Shown piece by piece: positions 1-12,860 of a stretch of 64,000 nt of DNA; position 1 is the first letter of the stretch, and every line of letters starts with the position of its first letter. The stretch covers positions 1 to 64,000 of the forward strand of contig CDMY01000487.1 of NCBI GenBank assembly GCA_001179505.1. The letters run 5' to 3'. This DNA comes from Vitrella brassicaformis CCMP3155. Its lineage: Eukaryota; Protista; Chromerida. The position numbers and the translations under genes were made by a program. Under the pieces are notes generated by a model. The model was given only the letters and a program-made list of their open reading frames with translations, was not told the origin of the DNA and did not search any database.

Positions 1-423
1 CTGCAGGGGATTATGGTATAGGTTCAGGTCCCACACCGGGTCATTTTGCCGAAAGCGGCAGTGGGAAGAGCCCGAGCGAGAGCGACAATGGCGCACACCT
101 GGTAGAGTGGGATGGGGTTTCGGTCGGTCCTTTCAGCTGAGGGTCTCGAAAGTCCTCCTCAACAATGAGCTTAGCGCGGAGAGGATCAGAGGAGAACGCG
201 ATAGCACTTCAACACCGCGAGAGAGGGAAAGGTTGGTAGGTAGGCCTTACTTCTCTGAGCGTTGGTTGGAGGGAGTGCGGTGTGAAATGCAGTGGGCACG
301 AATCTTGCGAGTTAGGGGAGAGAGAGGGGGGAGAGAGGGTTTCCCGGATGTCGTGCGAGCTTGAAGGTCGAGCGGAAAGGAAAAGGGAAAGGAGAAACAG
401 AAATCGGAGAAGAGGACAACAGG

Positions 424-930
424 ATGGGGGTCGACCAATCTCGCGCCACTCTCGTTTCTCGAGCGGAAACCGCTATGAAAGAACTGGACATACACCCTCC
501 TGACCTGTCCGAGCTGGGTTGGGATGATTTCCAGGCGCTTGAGACTACACTCTATCCGGACGGCTCGGTCAAGGACAAGGACATGTTCCGGTACTACGTG
601 AGGGGATTCAAACAGCAGCAGCACGTCCGACTGCTGGCGAGGAAAGGGAAGGTTGAAGAGTGCAGGACCTACATCGCCGAGTGAGTGACACGTGAGCGTG
701 AGGGAGTGACATCATCCCATCATCCCATCATCCCGTGTTGCGGTGCTTTCAGTCTGGTCTCGGGCGAGGCTGAGACAGCCCCTTCCTCGTCGGCTGGGTC
801 CCCCGAGTCTGGTTCCTCCCCTCAGTCACACGTGGGAGACCCAACGAAGAGGCAGAGCGACGACGAGTTCAGAAAGCGACGCGGGAACGAGCAGGACGGC
901 GACACTGGCGAGCCGACAAGACAGCAGTAG
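424..930 (+). CDS. Hypothetical protein, two exons (424-680, 753-930)
   Basis: ATG at 424 (MGVDQSRATLV...CRTYIA). Donor GA|gtgagt near 681 and acceptor tttcag| near 752 join in frame to DLVSGEAETAP...TRQQ*. No family recognised. Confidence 0.5.
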
Positions 931-1361
931 TGGACGTAGCAGGATGTGAGCAGGTGACGTGCAGAGGGCAGGGGGGTTTGGTGGGCGGATGTTTGCAGAC
1001 ACACGGGGATGTGCCAGTGTCGTGCTCTTTTTTCGGTTTGTGCGTTGGGTGCTTGACTGGTGTGTGTGGGTATTTTTTGAAGTCGCTGATTCAAGGATTC
1101 ATACGTGTAATGACACATGTGCACAATCGGATGAATGCATGGTTACGCACAGAACACCCACACCAAGCATCATTCAGCTGCTTACGGCAGTAGTCTCGGC
1201 AGAGGTGAGATCAGGTGCCTTTTTCCCCCTGTTCAGTGCGCCAGTCTGTCTGTCTACCACACCTTGCCGTTCTTCTCAACCTTGAGGCCGGCGTCCTGTA
1301 GACAGACAGACAGACAGACAGACAGGCACCAACACAACCGCATGGACGGCGTGTGTCTCAC

Positions 1362-3803
1362 TCACGACGTGATCTGATCGCTCACATCGAATATCTTGCA
1401 GAACGTGTCAAAGTCGATCTCGTCGGCGTCACCCGCATACAACTTCAACATCACCTGCACACACACACACACAGAGGGAGAGAGGTCCGTGCAATGCAAG
1501 CCCTCTCTCTGTCTTCTACCTCCTCACTCACAGCCCACCTCTATCTCCTTGTCAGCGATGTCTATGTTGCACGTCTGGAAGGCCCTCTTGAGACACTCGG
1601 CAGTGATGCGGCCATGACACACGTCACCCTCACCATCGTCCACACCCGGATCAGGACCACCAGCAGCACTTGCAGCAGCAGCAGCAGCAGCTGCTGCTGC
1701 TGCGGACGAGGAGGAAGACGCTTCGGTGGCAGGGGGGACGAGCAGAGAGCGGGGATCCACCGCATCCTCACCTGTAGTCAGTATGTGTGTCGGGGAGGGA
1801 CAGTGGTGCGTCACGGTTGCATATGTGCTTCGTGCTTGCTAACCTTTGACAAAGGCATTCCACAGGTAGCGCTTGGCTCGATTCACGGCCTCCGCCATCA
1901 CACGTTGCTGCACACCACACCACACGACACAGCAGCAGATCCACTCAGCACAAAGTGTCCCATCCACGAGCGTGCCCCAGCTCACCTCCTCTGCTTTCAC
2001 GATGTTGCCTCCCCGTTTCCTCCCGCCCCCCCTCTTGGGTGCCCCTGCAGCCACCCGGCCCTGTCCGCTGGCCTTCGCCCTACCCCTGGCCCGACCTCCA
2101 CCCCTCCCCCTCGCACCATCGCCCAGTGAGCGGGCCGTCGCGCCGATCGGGACCGTCGGAGGGCCGGTGACCTCTTCAAATACATCATCCTGGTCGGCTC
2201 CATGGCCGTCCTCCTGATGCGCCTCATCCACTGACATGTCCGCTGGCCCTCCGCTCCTCTGATGACCCTCCTGCTGCTGCTGCTGCTGCTGCTCTTGGCG
2301 CGCGGCGGTCCGCGGCCCCTTGACGGGCTTCTCAGGGCCGGAGCTCTCCCTCTGAGAGTCGGTCATGCGATTGGACGGCTTCCTGCGCGCCTGCCGCTTG
2401 CGCTTGCGGGGCTGAGGAGTCTCTGATTCACTGCTGCTCCTGTCGCTACTGCTGCTGTCATCGTCTTCCTGGCCGTCATCGTCGTTGCCGCTGCTCCGGT
2501 CGGCATCGTTGGCAGTGCTCTGTGCAGGGGGCGCGGCGGCAGGGGCTGGCGGCGGGTGTGAGGGTGGAGATGGTGCAGCAGCAGCAGCAGCAGCTGCTGC
2601 TGCTGCGGATGATGACGGCTGCTGCTGCTCGTCGGTGTCGTCGGGCTGGTGCTGGCTGGGTTGCATTTCGGAGAGTGACATGGCCATGGCGAGCTGGAGG
2701 TCGTTCTGCAGTCAAGAACAGACACAAGGCACGTCAACATACGCAGTTGAGTGTGTGTGTGTGTGTGTGTCACCTCTTCATCGTCATCGTCCTCTTCGTC
2801 GTCTTGCTCTGAAAATGCGCATACGCAATCAATCAACCAACCACCCATCAGCTCGCCACGCGCACTTGCCCATCCATCCATCCACTCATCCAATGACTCA
2901 CCTGGTCCCCTCTGCCTCCTTGCCCGCGGCTTGGGCTTGGCCCTCTTCCGCCCCCCGCCACCCCGCCCTCTCTCCCTCTCCCCACTGTCATCCTCACCAC
3001 CACCACCACCACCACCACCACCGTCGCCATTCTCCCCTTGGCCATCCTCGTCGACGTCCACAGGCATGGCGGCAGCTGCTGCTGGTGCTGGTGCTGGTGC
3101 TGCGGCAGGTGCGCTCTGCTCCTCACCTGCAGCCGCTGCAGCAGCAGCTGCTGCTGCTGAGGAGCTCTGGGGCTGACTCTCCCCGTTCCCATCAGCATTG
3201 GCGTCGTCGTCAGGCTCGTTGGCGTGCATCTCGGACAGAGAGAGAGCCTTAGCGAGCTGAAGCATCTGCATGACATGATGAGAGGAGAGAAATCGCAAAA
3301 CAAGTGAGTGATCAGAACAAAACAAACGTCGGCCGTGGATCACCCGTGGATCATCTGCTGTCCTCTCTCTCTCACCTCGTCCTCATCCATCTCGGCATAG
3401 TCAGCCACCCGGCCTGCGGACACACACACAAGACAAAACACACCGTATGTACGACAATCATTCAACCAACAGCCATCGCGCTTCATGCTCATTCAGTGTG
3501 CAGTCATCTCGGTTGAGCTCACTCACGTCGTGCAGGCCTCCCAGCTCCCCTCCTGGCCCGTTGATGCTTCCGTCGACTCGTCACAGACTTCTCGCCCTCA
3601 TCATCGCCATCGGCGGCGTCCTCGCTCTTCCTCTTGCGTTGTCGATGCCTCTGTTGCTGCTGCTGCTTCCTGGTGGCCCGCCTGGGCGGCGGACTCTGGT
3701 GGTCCTCTGACGATGCAGATGAGCCCTCACCTTCATCATCGTCGTCCTCCTCGCCAAGGCCGAGTGGCACGTCGCCATCATCGCCTGGGTCACCACTGTC
3801 CAT
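1362..3803 (-). CDS. Low-complexity protein with two UIM motifs and a C-terminal centrin-like EF-hand pair (multi-exon)
   Basis: Spliced translation gives DYAEMDEDE|MLQLAKALSLSEM and DDEEDDDDEE|NDLQLAMAMSLSEM, which match the UIM consensus. The C-terminus GRITAECLKRAFQTCNIDIADKEIE|VMLKLYAGDADEIDFDTFCKIF is an EF-hand pair. Stop at 1362-1364. Canonical GT-AG junctions. Confidence 0.7.
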
Positions 3804-4468
3804 GGTCTATCACCATATGCCGCATGCACATGCGGGGGGCTTGGGGGCTTCAATGCGAGCTCGGCGACGAAGAAAGAAAATTTGGCGGTGCTGGTGGATG
3901 AGAATGGCATCTATAGTGTAGGGGGAACGGAGGCAGGAGCTCAATCAGTCCGGCTGACCTCCCACTCCCTCTTTGCCGAGCCCCTTGGAAGCCGCCCACG
4001 GTTTCCCCTCCTCTCTGTGCGACCATGTGGTGGACAGCAGCACTGACCTGACTGACGGACCCAGCCCATCCCTGCTGCCACGGGCGGCGTGACCCTGCCT
4101 GTCTTTCTTTGCCCCTTTCGCTGCGCCCCTCCCTCTGTTTGCCTTGCCCCATCCCAATTCTGAAGAGCCTTCATCCGACGCCTGGTCTCGTTTCTCACAC
4201 AAGGGGCCGAGCGGCAACCGCACACCCATCCCCCCCCACACAGGTTACACACACAAGTGGCACCTTACACATCACGGTGATGCTTGTACACAGAGGCCCC
4301 ACTTTGCGTGTGTTGTCAGGGCGATTTTTGACAGAAGAACTGGTTGCCGCGGGGCTCCTTTCCTCATCCGTCCACGGCCGTGAGTGACAGCGGCCTATCC
4401 CGATTCTCCCGTTCCCTCCTGTCCGTCTGAGTGAGCAGCTGATTACTGCATTGACTGACCCATCACGT

Positions 4469-5388
4469 ATGTCCGGCTCCGTCCATCACCACCACTTCTC
4501 CGCCGCCCCTGCCGCACCGACATACCTGATGACGTCCGGCGGGAACCCATACCCGACTGGCGGGCAGAGCACCATGATGGCCCCCAACCCCCCGCCGCCG
4601 CTGCCCAACCCGGTCCCACAGCCGTCGGTCGACGCAACAGCCCACCACCACCACCAGCACCAACACCAGCACCAGCACCATTCTTCCCACCACACGACGG
4701 TCTATCACGCGTCACACCACCACTCGCATCAGCATCATCACCTCAAGCACTCGGGCAACAGTGGTGTGAGTGGTATGGGGTCTCCTCGTGGCGGCGGTGG
4801 GGGTGGGTGGACGCGTCGCGGGCCGTGTCCGCGCGGCAAGGACATCGTGCGATTTTTGGAGGGGCAGGACATAGAGGACTTTTACGCGCTAGGTGAGACG
4901 CTGAGCATCAGTGGCGGACTCAACGACAAGAAGAGACCCACGCTCAAGGAGGTCAGTCAGCTACCTAGGGAGGGGAGGGGGCTTTGTGTCTCTTGCTTGT
5001 CGACCTTCCTTGTGTCTCTCTGACAGGCGTTTGATGCCTATGGCGAGGAGCGGATCATCAAGGTGGTCAAGAAGGAGAGCTTCCGCACGCCACTGGACGA
5101 GAAGAAATGGTCAGTCACCCGAGACATCCCCCCGCACCGCTCCCAGATACACCATACCCGACACCCCTGCCCCATCTGCTGTGTGTCGACCATCAGGCGT
5201 TACGTGCACTCGCGTTTGTTGCGTCTGCCGCCCCACGAGAACCTCCTTCACCTCATCGAGATTTTCGAGTCGGACAACGAGTACTATGTCGTCATGGAAA
5301 AGGTCACACGCACTGACTGCACTGCACTGCACGGCATGATCGATGCACCGCGCCTGTGTTGGCGTGAGGGCGGGTGTGGTGTATGCGC

Positions 5389-5422
<34 letters not shown>

Positions 5423-7585
5423 AGTGTCACGGTGGTGAGTTGTTTGATTTCCTGTTGACGGCAAAGTCCGTCCCTGAAGAGGAATGCAAACACATCATCA
5501 GACAGATTCTCAAGGTACGGTACACACAACACACAGGCATGGCAACCAACTCTAGCCCTTCACGTGCCACCCTCTCTCTCAACCCACGTACCCACCACCC
5601 ACGCACACACCTGCCCCCGTGTCTCTGCCATGCCATGCAGGCGATCCGCCACCTGCATCAATTTGGCCTCCTTCACAGAGACGTCAAACCAGAAAAGTCA
5701 GCTACCAACACTAGCAACCCCCCCCCTCCCCCAAACACACACACCAATGATCTTCCCCCCTGCCAGTCTGGTGTTTAAGATTTCCAACAGCAAGAATCTG
5801 CTCTTGCTGGATTTTGACACGGTGATCCCTTTGGACGGTTACGCCGCGGACATCCTGGACGAGGAGCGGCGCACCGGGCCGCACCCGAAGCGGCTGGCAG
5901 GGACGCACGGATACCTGCCGCTGGAGGTGTACGAGGGCTACCCCTTCGGCCAGCAGGTGGATGTGTGGGCCGTGGGGGTCATCCTGTATATTCTCATGGC
6001 GGTCAGTAGGGGCACCAGACACACATGCGGGGTGGGTGGGGAGACACATGTGTGTATGTGTGTGTGTGGCCACACAGGCTGTGCCGCCGTGCCCGATGGA
6101 GCAAATGACAAACTCCAAGGAAGCACTCGCCATTCTCAGAAAGACCAGAGAAAAGGGGGTAAAGAGTGAGTGGATGGCCGCCAACGGGCAGCTCGTGTGT
6201 GTGTGGATGTGCAGATTGACTGGACTCGTGGTCCGTGGGAGGAGTTTCCCGAGGCCCTCGACCTCTGCAAACAACTCCTCACTTGGGAACCCGAGAAACG
6301 ACCCACGGCCGGCGACGCACTACAGCACGCATGGTCGGTAGGGTACACACTTGGGGCGTGGGTGGTGACACAAACAAAAGACTGTCGTCGTTTCTCATCC
6401 CATCGATGGATACCGTCCGTCTACTATATAGGCTTTTGGAGACCGAGACATCGAATCTTCTGTTCCCTCCGGAGCCACCCCGTGCACCGATCGAGCCGTC
6501 CGGCTGCTCACTGCCCGCCGCCTACCACCCCAACAACCCCACCGCCCGTCGCTACGGCTTCGTACCGGACCCATCTGGTCCATGCCCATGCGTCTACTGT
6601 CGGCGCTCCCGGGCCATCAAGGACGGCATCCCCGAGCACGAAATGGACGTCGATGACGTCTTCGAGAAGCGACTCGGCAAGCGAGACAACACGCGCGCAT
6701 CTTTGGACAGAGGGGCCAGCACCGAGATCGGCGACGACGCCCCATCGGCGCTGAGGAGCACTGACCAGCTGTCGAGCGGGAGCCCGTCAGCAGCATCCTC
6801 GTCTCTCCACCTCTCACAACGCTCCGTAGGTGCCGGTGCGGGCAGAGGGTGGAACCAGTGGTCCAACTGGCCAAATCCACGAGTGCCGGGGAGCCCATCA
6901 TCACCGGGACGCCCACCCAAATTCGGCGCGCGGCCGCCGCCGTCGCCATTACCGATCGGCAAGATCGCCCGCAATCTTCGCCCGCGTCGGTCGGGTGCTG
7001 GTGCTGATGCTGGGGGCGGTTCAAGCATCGGGTCGTTACGTGTGTCTGGGTATGAGGCTGGTGTCAGCAGTGGGATGGACGGGTCGCCGGCCACGCACTA
7101 TGCCGGGAGAGGAGATGGCGAGGACGTCTATGAGGGCGCACAGCAGGAGTATGCGGTAAGTTCCTGTAGACACACAGACGCCTGGAGAGGCTTCACACAT
7201 CAGATCCACTCTTTCCTCGTGTCTCTGTCTGTGACTGCAGGAAGATGACGGTGACTACGGCTACCACGAATACGCCAACTCTCCCGGCATGCTGATCGAC
7301 AACTCCCCCTCCCACGCCTACCCGACCTCCCTCCACGGCCACACCAACCACCCACAACACACGTATAACCTCCGCACATCGTCACGCAGCAGAGGCATGG
7401 ACCAGTCGGTTGCCGGCGGTCCGTCCGGCACGCTGCCGTACCCCTACAACATGCCCAAGTCTGCTGGTGGTCCGATGCACATGGTGGGCTCGAATGGGGA
7501 CGGCGGACAGGGGGCGCGGAGCAACAAGTGGCTGCGCATGTTCCGGGGCGGTGGGCAGTCCGGTGGACAGTCAAGAAGACCATGA
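4469..7585 (+). CDS. CAMK-like Ser/Thr protein kinase with atypical motifs (multi-exon)
   Basis: Spliced motifs: IIK, HENLLHLIEIFE, YYVVMEK|CHGGELFDFL, HRDVKPE|N, LLLLDFDT, GTHGYLPLE, DVWAVGVILYILM, EKRPTAGDALQHAW. His/Gln-rich N-terminus and a long disordered C-terminal tail. Confidence 0.9.
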
Positions 7586-8799
7586 TATGTACGTTGGGTG
7601 TCTATGTATGTGAGTGTCTGCCTGTCTGCTTGTGGGTGGCATGGTATGGCATGCATGGCCCTCGTGTATGCGTGCCGTCGTGTGATCGGCTGTGGGTGAG
7701 TTTGGCGTGTCCATATGCACGTGGGGTGGGTCGGTGGATGGCCGTGTGTGCGTTGGGGGGGGTATGTTCTGGTGGGCACTGAATTAACAGAGAGCAACCA
7801 AGACAGACAGACACCGATAGACAGACAGGTCCTTGTCGGGTGCTCCTCGCTCCTTTTCCTGCGAAGGAGAGACACCCTGTTTTTGCTTCACCCCCCGTCC
7901 TTGCCCACTCCCGCCCCTCTTACATCCTTCCCCTCCCCCCCTCCCCCTCCCGCCCCCAGGCAGACCACCTTACTCTCTATCTACCTCTTCCTCCTTTCTA
8001 GCCAATGCTTTTGCCAATGAAGTCACCCCAAATGAAGTCACTCATCTACCACTATTACTCCCTTCCCTATCTGTGTTTCCTACACATGTACGTGTCCGTT
8101 TATATGCGTGTGTGCGTGTGGAGATGGCGAGACACGTGTGCATGTGTGTGTGTGCGCGTCGTTTGGCCGGTGGCTGGTAGCTAATTCGGAGGTTGGTGGT
8201 TGGTGGTTGGTTGGTGGTTGGTTGGTGGTGTTGGGAGTGATCTGTCTGTGTGCGTGGGGCAGCTAAGATAAAACTGGTCAAGAAGAACGTACCAGTCATG
8301 TTGCCGTGCCGTGCCGTGTGCATAATGTTCGTATATGTATGTATGTGCTAACGGACTGAAAGCTGAAATATGGCGTCTATCGATGTACCCGTACGCTTTT
8401 GGCTCTCTCTACTTCATGGTTGGCTGGAATGGAGTGTTGGATGGACTTACCTTGGTCTCATGCGCATGGCGTCTCGTGACCGATGAAGCACTAACATACT
8501 CATTCATACGGCAGGTTAAACCGGAGACAGAGAGCGGACTCCCAGACACACGGCTGGGATTGAATTTCAAGCCGGCCCGGATGCTATATGCGCATGCGGC
8601 CCCCATCCTCCGGTCGAGAATCTCGACACGAAGCGTCTTTTTTTTCTATTCTCCTTAACTGCAAAATCGCCCATCAACTGTCAGCAATCGGCTCGAGAGG
8701 CCCCCCACTGGCAGGCCAGGAGAGGAGAGCGCGCCGCGGGAGGAGCAACGGCGCCTGCACTAGCTGGCAGGAGGAGACGGACCAAAGAAGAAAAAGAGA

Positions 8800-11700
8800 A
8801 AGGATGCCGGTGAAGGAAAATCTCCCGTCAGCGTCAAAATTTGGCTCGAGCGGCCGGCCAGGCCAGATGGCAAAGAGAGAGGGGGGAGCAGCCCAGCCTG
8901 CAGGAGGACGAGGTGATGGACGGCGACGAGGAGATGGATGGCTCCCTGAACGAGGATATGGAGCCGCCGACCAGCAGGAGAAGACTGGAGGAGTATGGGA
9001 ATTCTGGCCAGAGAGAGCCTCATGTCATCTGTTTGCACCGTCCGCCTGTTTGTCTCTGCATCAGTGGCTTGGCAGCCCAGCAGCTGGCGGCAGCAGCAGC
9101 AGCAGCCATAGCAGCTCAGCAGCAGCTGGCGGACACAGCGAGGGCCAAGACAGCGTTGCAGATGGAGACCACCAGGTGCGTGGGCGAAAGTGTGTACACT
9201 CAAGGTGAATTCAGTGGTCTATGTGTTGTATATCTCCAGGTTGAGGGCCGAGATGCGAAGCCTGCAAGTGGCGTTCCACCACCAAATATCAGACAAGCAG
9301 GGCCACATCAACCGGTAGTATATGCAGGCAGCATGCAAAAAGACACACGTCCATGTATCAGTGCGCCTGTGGTCGATTCACAGGCTGGTGAGGGCTGTGG
9401 AAGAGGAGAGGAGGGGGCGCAGTGAAGAGCTACAGCGGTCGGTTGGCCACTGACTGGGGGAGGGTTGCGCACGAGCAATCTTGACGGGCGTTGTGTTCTT
9501 GTGTTCTGTCATGTTCTGGTTGCAGCCACAAAGAGCACGAGCAGCAGTGAGTGACGCTTTCGCTTCTCTCTAGGGTGTGCGGGTGTTTGTATGTCTTTGT
9601 GCATTTCTCTCTGTATGCGCAGGGCTCAGGAGCTCATGAAGGCCACCAAGGAGCAGCAGCTGGCCACCATCCGCGAAGAGGCCACACGGTCAGCGCTCAT
9701 TTGTGTAATTGGATACAGGGCTGATGTTTGTGTGCTCGATGAATCCATGACCGCAGGTCGGAGAGGGAGAAGACGGCCGCCCAGCAGGAGGCCGCCGCCG
9801 CCCAGAAGCAGACCGCGGCCGCCCAGCAGCAGGCCGCCGGCCTGAAACGGTACGTGAATTGGCATGTATTCGATATCCCACCCCCCCAACGTGCACTTTT
9901 ACCGTTTCTTGTGTTGTGCAGGGCCAGGTTGGCGGACGGCAAGACGTACCGGGACATGGTGCTCAGGTGAGACATGCCCCTCCCACTGAGACAGACCTTT
10001 GTGTGTGTGTCTCCCATGTGTGACTCACATGGTTGTCTGCTGCCCGTCCACCAGGTTGCAGGCCGAAATCCGCACACTCACCGACAACAACAAAGGCCTG
10101 GCTGCCGAGAAGCACAAGAAGGAGGAGGAGCTCAAGACCAAGCTGCGGTAAGCAAACGTCACGTCACGTCAGTTAGTCTCCTGTCGATTGGTCTCTCGCT
10201 GGTTTTGTGCGCGTGCAGGCGAAAGGCAGAGATGCCGAAGAAAGAAGAGACCCTTCTCCGTCAAAATCAGGCTCGAGGGGCCGGCCAGGCCAGATGGAGA
10301 GGAGGACGGCAGGAGCAGCCCAGACCCCAAGAGAACGAGGAGATGGACGCCGACGAGGAGATGGATGGCTCCCTGAACGAGGAAATGGAGCCGCCGACCA
10401 GCAGGAGAAGACTGGAGGAGTATGGGAATTCTGGCCAGAGAGAGCCTCATGTCATCTGTTTGCACCGTCCGCCTGTTTGTCTGTGCATCAGTGGCTTGGC
10501 AGCCCAGCAGCTGGCGGCAGCAGCAGCAGCAGCCATAGCAGCCCTGCAGCAGCTGGCGGACACAGCGAGGGCCAAGACAGCGTTGCAGATGGAGACCACC
10601 AGGTGCGTGGGCGAAAGTGTGTACACTCGAGTTTTCAGTGGACTATGATTTGCATCTACAGGTTGAGGGCCGAGATCCAACAGCTTCAGATGGTGTTCCA
10701 CCACCAAATGGCACAAAAGCAGGGCCACATCAACCGGTAATACATGCAAGCAGCATGCAAAAAGACACACGTCCATCCATGTATCAGTGCACCTATGGTC
10801 GATTCACAGGCTGGTGAGCGCCGTTCAAGAGGAAAGGAGCGGGCGGCGTGAAGACCTTCAGCGGTCGGTCGGCCACTGACTGGGGGGGTCGTACACGAGC
10901 GATTCTGACGGGCGTTTTGTTCTGTCATGTGCTGGTTGCAGCCACAGGGAGCAGGAGCAGCAGTGAGTGACGCTTTCGCTTCTCTCTGGGGTGTGCGGGT
11001 GTTTGTATGTCTTTGTGCATTTCTCTCTGTATGCGCAATACGCAAGAGCTCATGAAGGCCAAGGAGCAGCAGCTCGCAGTCGCCCAAGACAACGCCACAC
11101 GGTCAGCGCTCATTTGTGTAACCAATTGGACACGGGCTGATGTTTGTGTGCTCGATGAATTCATGAGCGCAGGTCACAGAGGGAGAAGGCGGCTGCCCAG
11201 CAGCTGACCGTCACCGCCCAGCAGGAGACCGCCGGTCTCAAAAGGTACGTCCCCACGTGCTCAACCTGCCCTTTTCCGGTTTCTTGTGTTGTGCAGAGCA
11301 AGGGAGGCAGATGCAAAGGCCAATCGGCAGGAGGTGTTGAAGTGAGCCAAGCCCCTGACACTGAGACAGACCTTTGTGTGTGTCTCCCATGTGTGAGTCA
11401 CTGCGTTGTCTGCTGCCCGTCCATCAGGCTGCAGGCGGACCTCCGCACACTCACCCACGAGAACAAAGGCCTGGCTGCCGAGAAGCACAAGAAGGAGGAG
11501 GAGCTCAAGACTAAGCAGCGGTAAGCAAACGTCACGTCACGTCAGTTAGTCTCCTGTCGATTGGTCTCTCGCTGGGTTTGTGCGCGTGCAGCGACTTTAC
11601 TGAGAGGGAGACATCCCTCAAACAAGAAGTCGAGCAGCTGCGCAAACACCAGATTGAGGGGTAAGTACGTGCTCACACAGTCGACCTGTTGTCTCTATGT

Positions 11701-12520
11701 CTCTCGATCATTTGGGGATCTATGCATGCAGGCTGACGGCTGAGCTGGCCGGGCTGCAGACCACCGAGGAGCTGAGTGAATTTTGTGAGCGGCTTGCGGA
11801 CATTCACGAGCAACAAATAAAGGACCTGGTCAAAGTCCAAAAGCTCAACAAGAAGGCAACGAAGGCGCTGCAAAGGAAGAAGGAGCAGGAGGCACGAAGT
11901 CAGGGGGAAGCGGACAGAACGAAGTGCATCATTTGCCAAAGCAGGGACTGCAACACCATGATAGTGCCATGCGGCCACGTCTGCGCATGCCGCGGCTGCG
12001 CGAATACCCTCGTGCGCCGGGGGAGCGCACAGAATCCGGCTACATGCCCTATGTGCCGCGAGATCATTGGACGTGTGGTCAGGGCCATTATCTCGTAGTG
12101 ACACATAGGCATCTCCCTGACGGGCTGCCTCCCTGACTGACTGACTGACTGGTTGCCTCCCTGGCTTCCCCCCTGACGGACTGACGAGCCAGGTTGGCGG
12201 ACGGCAAGACGTACCGGGACATGGTGCTCAGGTGAGACATGCCCCTCCCACTGAGACAGACCTTTGTGTGTGTGTCTCTCATGTGTGACTCACATGGTTG
12301 TCTGCTGCCCGTCCACCAGGTTGCAGGCCGAAATCCGCACACTCACCGACAACAACAACGGCCTCGCAGCCGAGAAGGAGAAGAAGGAGGAGGAGCTCAA
12401 GATCAAGGAGGGGTAAGCAAACAAACGTCAGTTAGTCACCTGTCGATCGATCCATCGCTGGGTATGTGTTCCTGCAGGGCCTTTGCTGAGAGGGAGACAT
12501 CCCTAAAGCAAGAAGTCGCC
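8800..12520. repeat. Segmental tandem duplication: two copies of about 1.4 kb plus a third partial copy
   Basis: gagccgccgaccagcagg occurs at 8961 and 10388 (offset 1427), and introns are conserved between copies. ccaggttggcggacggcaagacg occurs at 9924 and 12189. Confidence 0.9.
8916..12098 (+). CDS. Coiled-coil protein with internal exon-block duplication and C-terminal C3HC4 RING (putative E3 ligase)
   Basis: A chain of small phase-2 exons encodes Q/E/K/A-rich helices. The last exon has CIIC...PCGH.C.C..C...CPMC (11925-12060). The start codon is uncertain; 8916 is the first in-frame ATG. Confidence 0.7.
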
Positions 12521-12860
12521 ACGTCAGTCACGGAGGCGCACGGCAACTGGCTGCCTTGTCTCTCTTCGATGCACACGCCCATGGGTGTGTGTCTATCTGT
12601 GTTGGTCATGCAGCGCCACAGAGAAGGCGGACAGGCTGGAGGCCACATTAGAAGAGGTGCTGCAAAAGGAAGAGGCAAGAGTGGAGGCCGCCCTGTGCGT
12701 CATCTGCCAGGCCGTACCATACACCACCGTCTTCCCGTGTGGCCACATGTGTGCCTGTGGGGAGTGCGCGGAGGACTTGATGCGCAGGCGCAGGAGCTCG
12801 AGGCGGTGCCCCATGTGCCGCGAACAAATTGGGGATTACACGACTGTGTATCAGGCTTGA
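12221..12860 (+). CDS. Second coiled-coil/RING unit (separate paralog or alternative 3' end of the upstream gene)
   Basis: Exons at 12189-12415 duplicate 9924-10150. The last exon encodes CVICQAVPYTTVFPCGHMCACGECAEDLMRRRRSSRRCPMCREQ, stop at 12860. Confidence 0.65.

Noticed and set aside
1-260. Possible minus-strand exon(s) running off the window start
   Set aside because: There is a plausible donor near 250 and acceptor near 100, but no start codon or recognisable protein.
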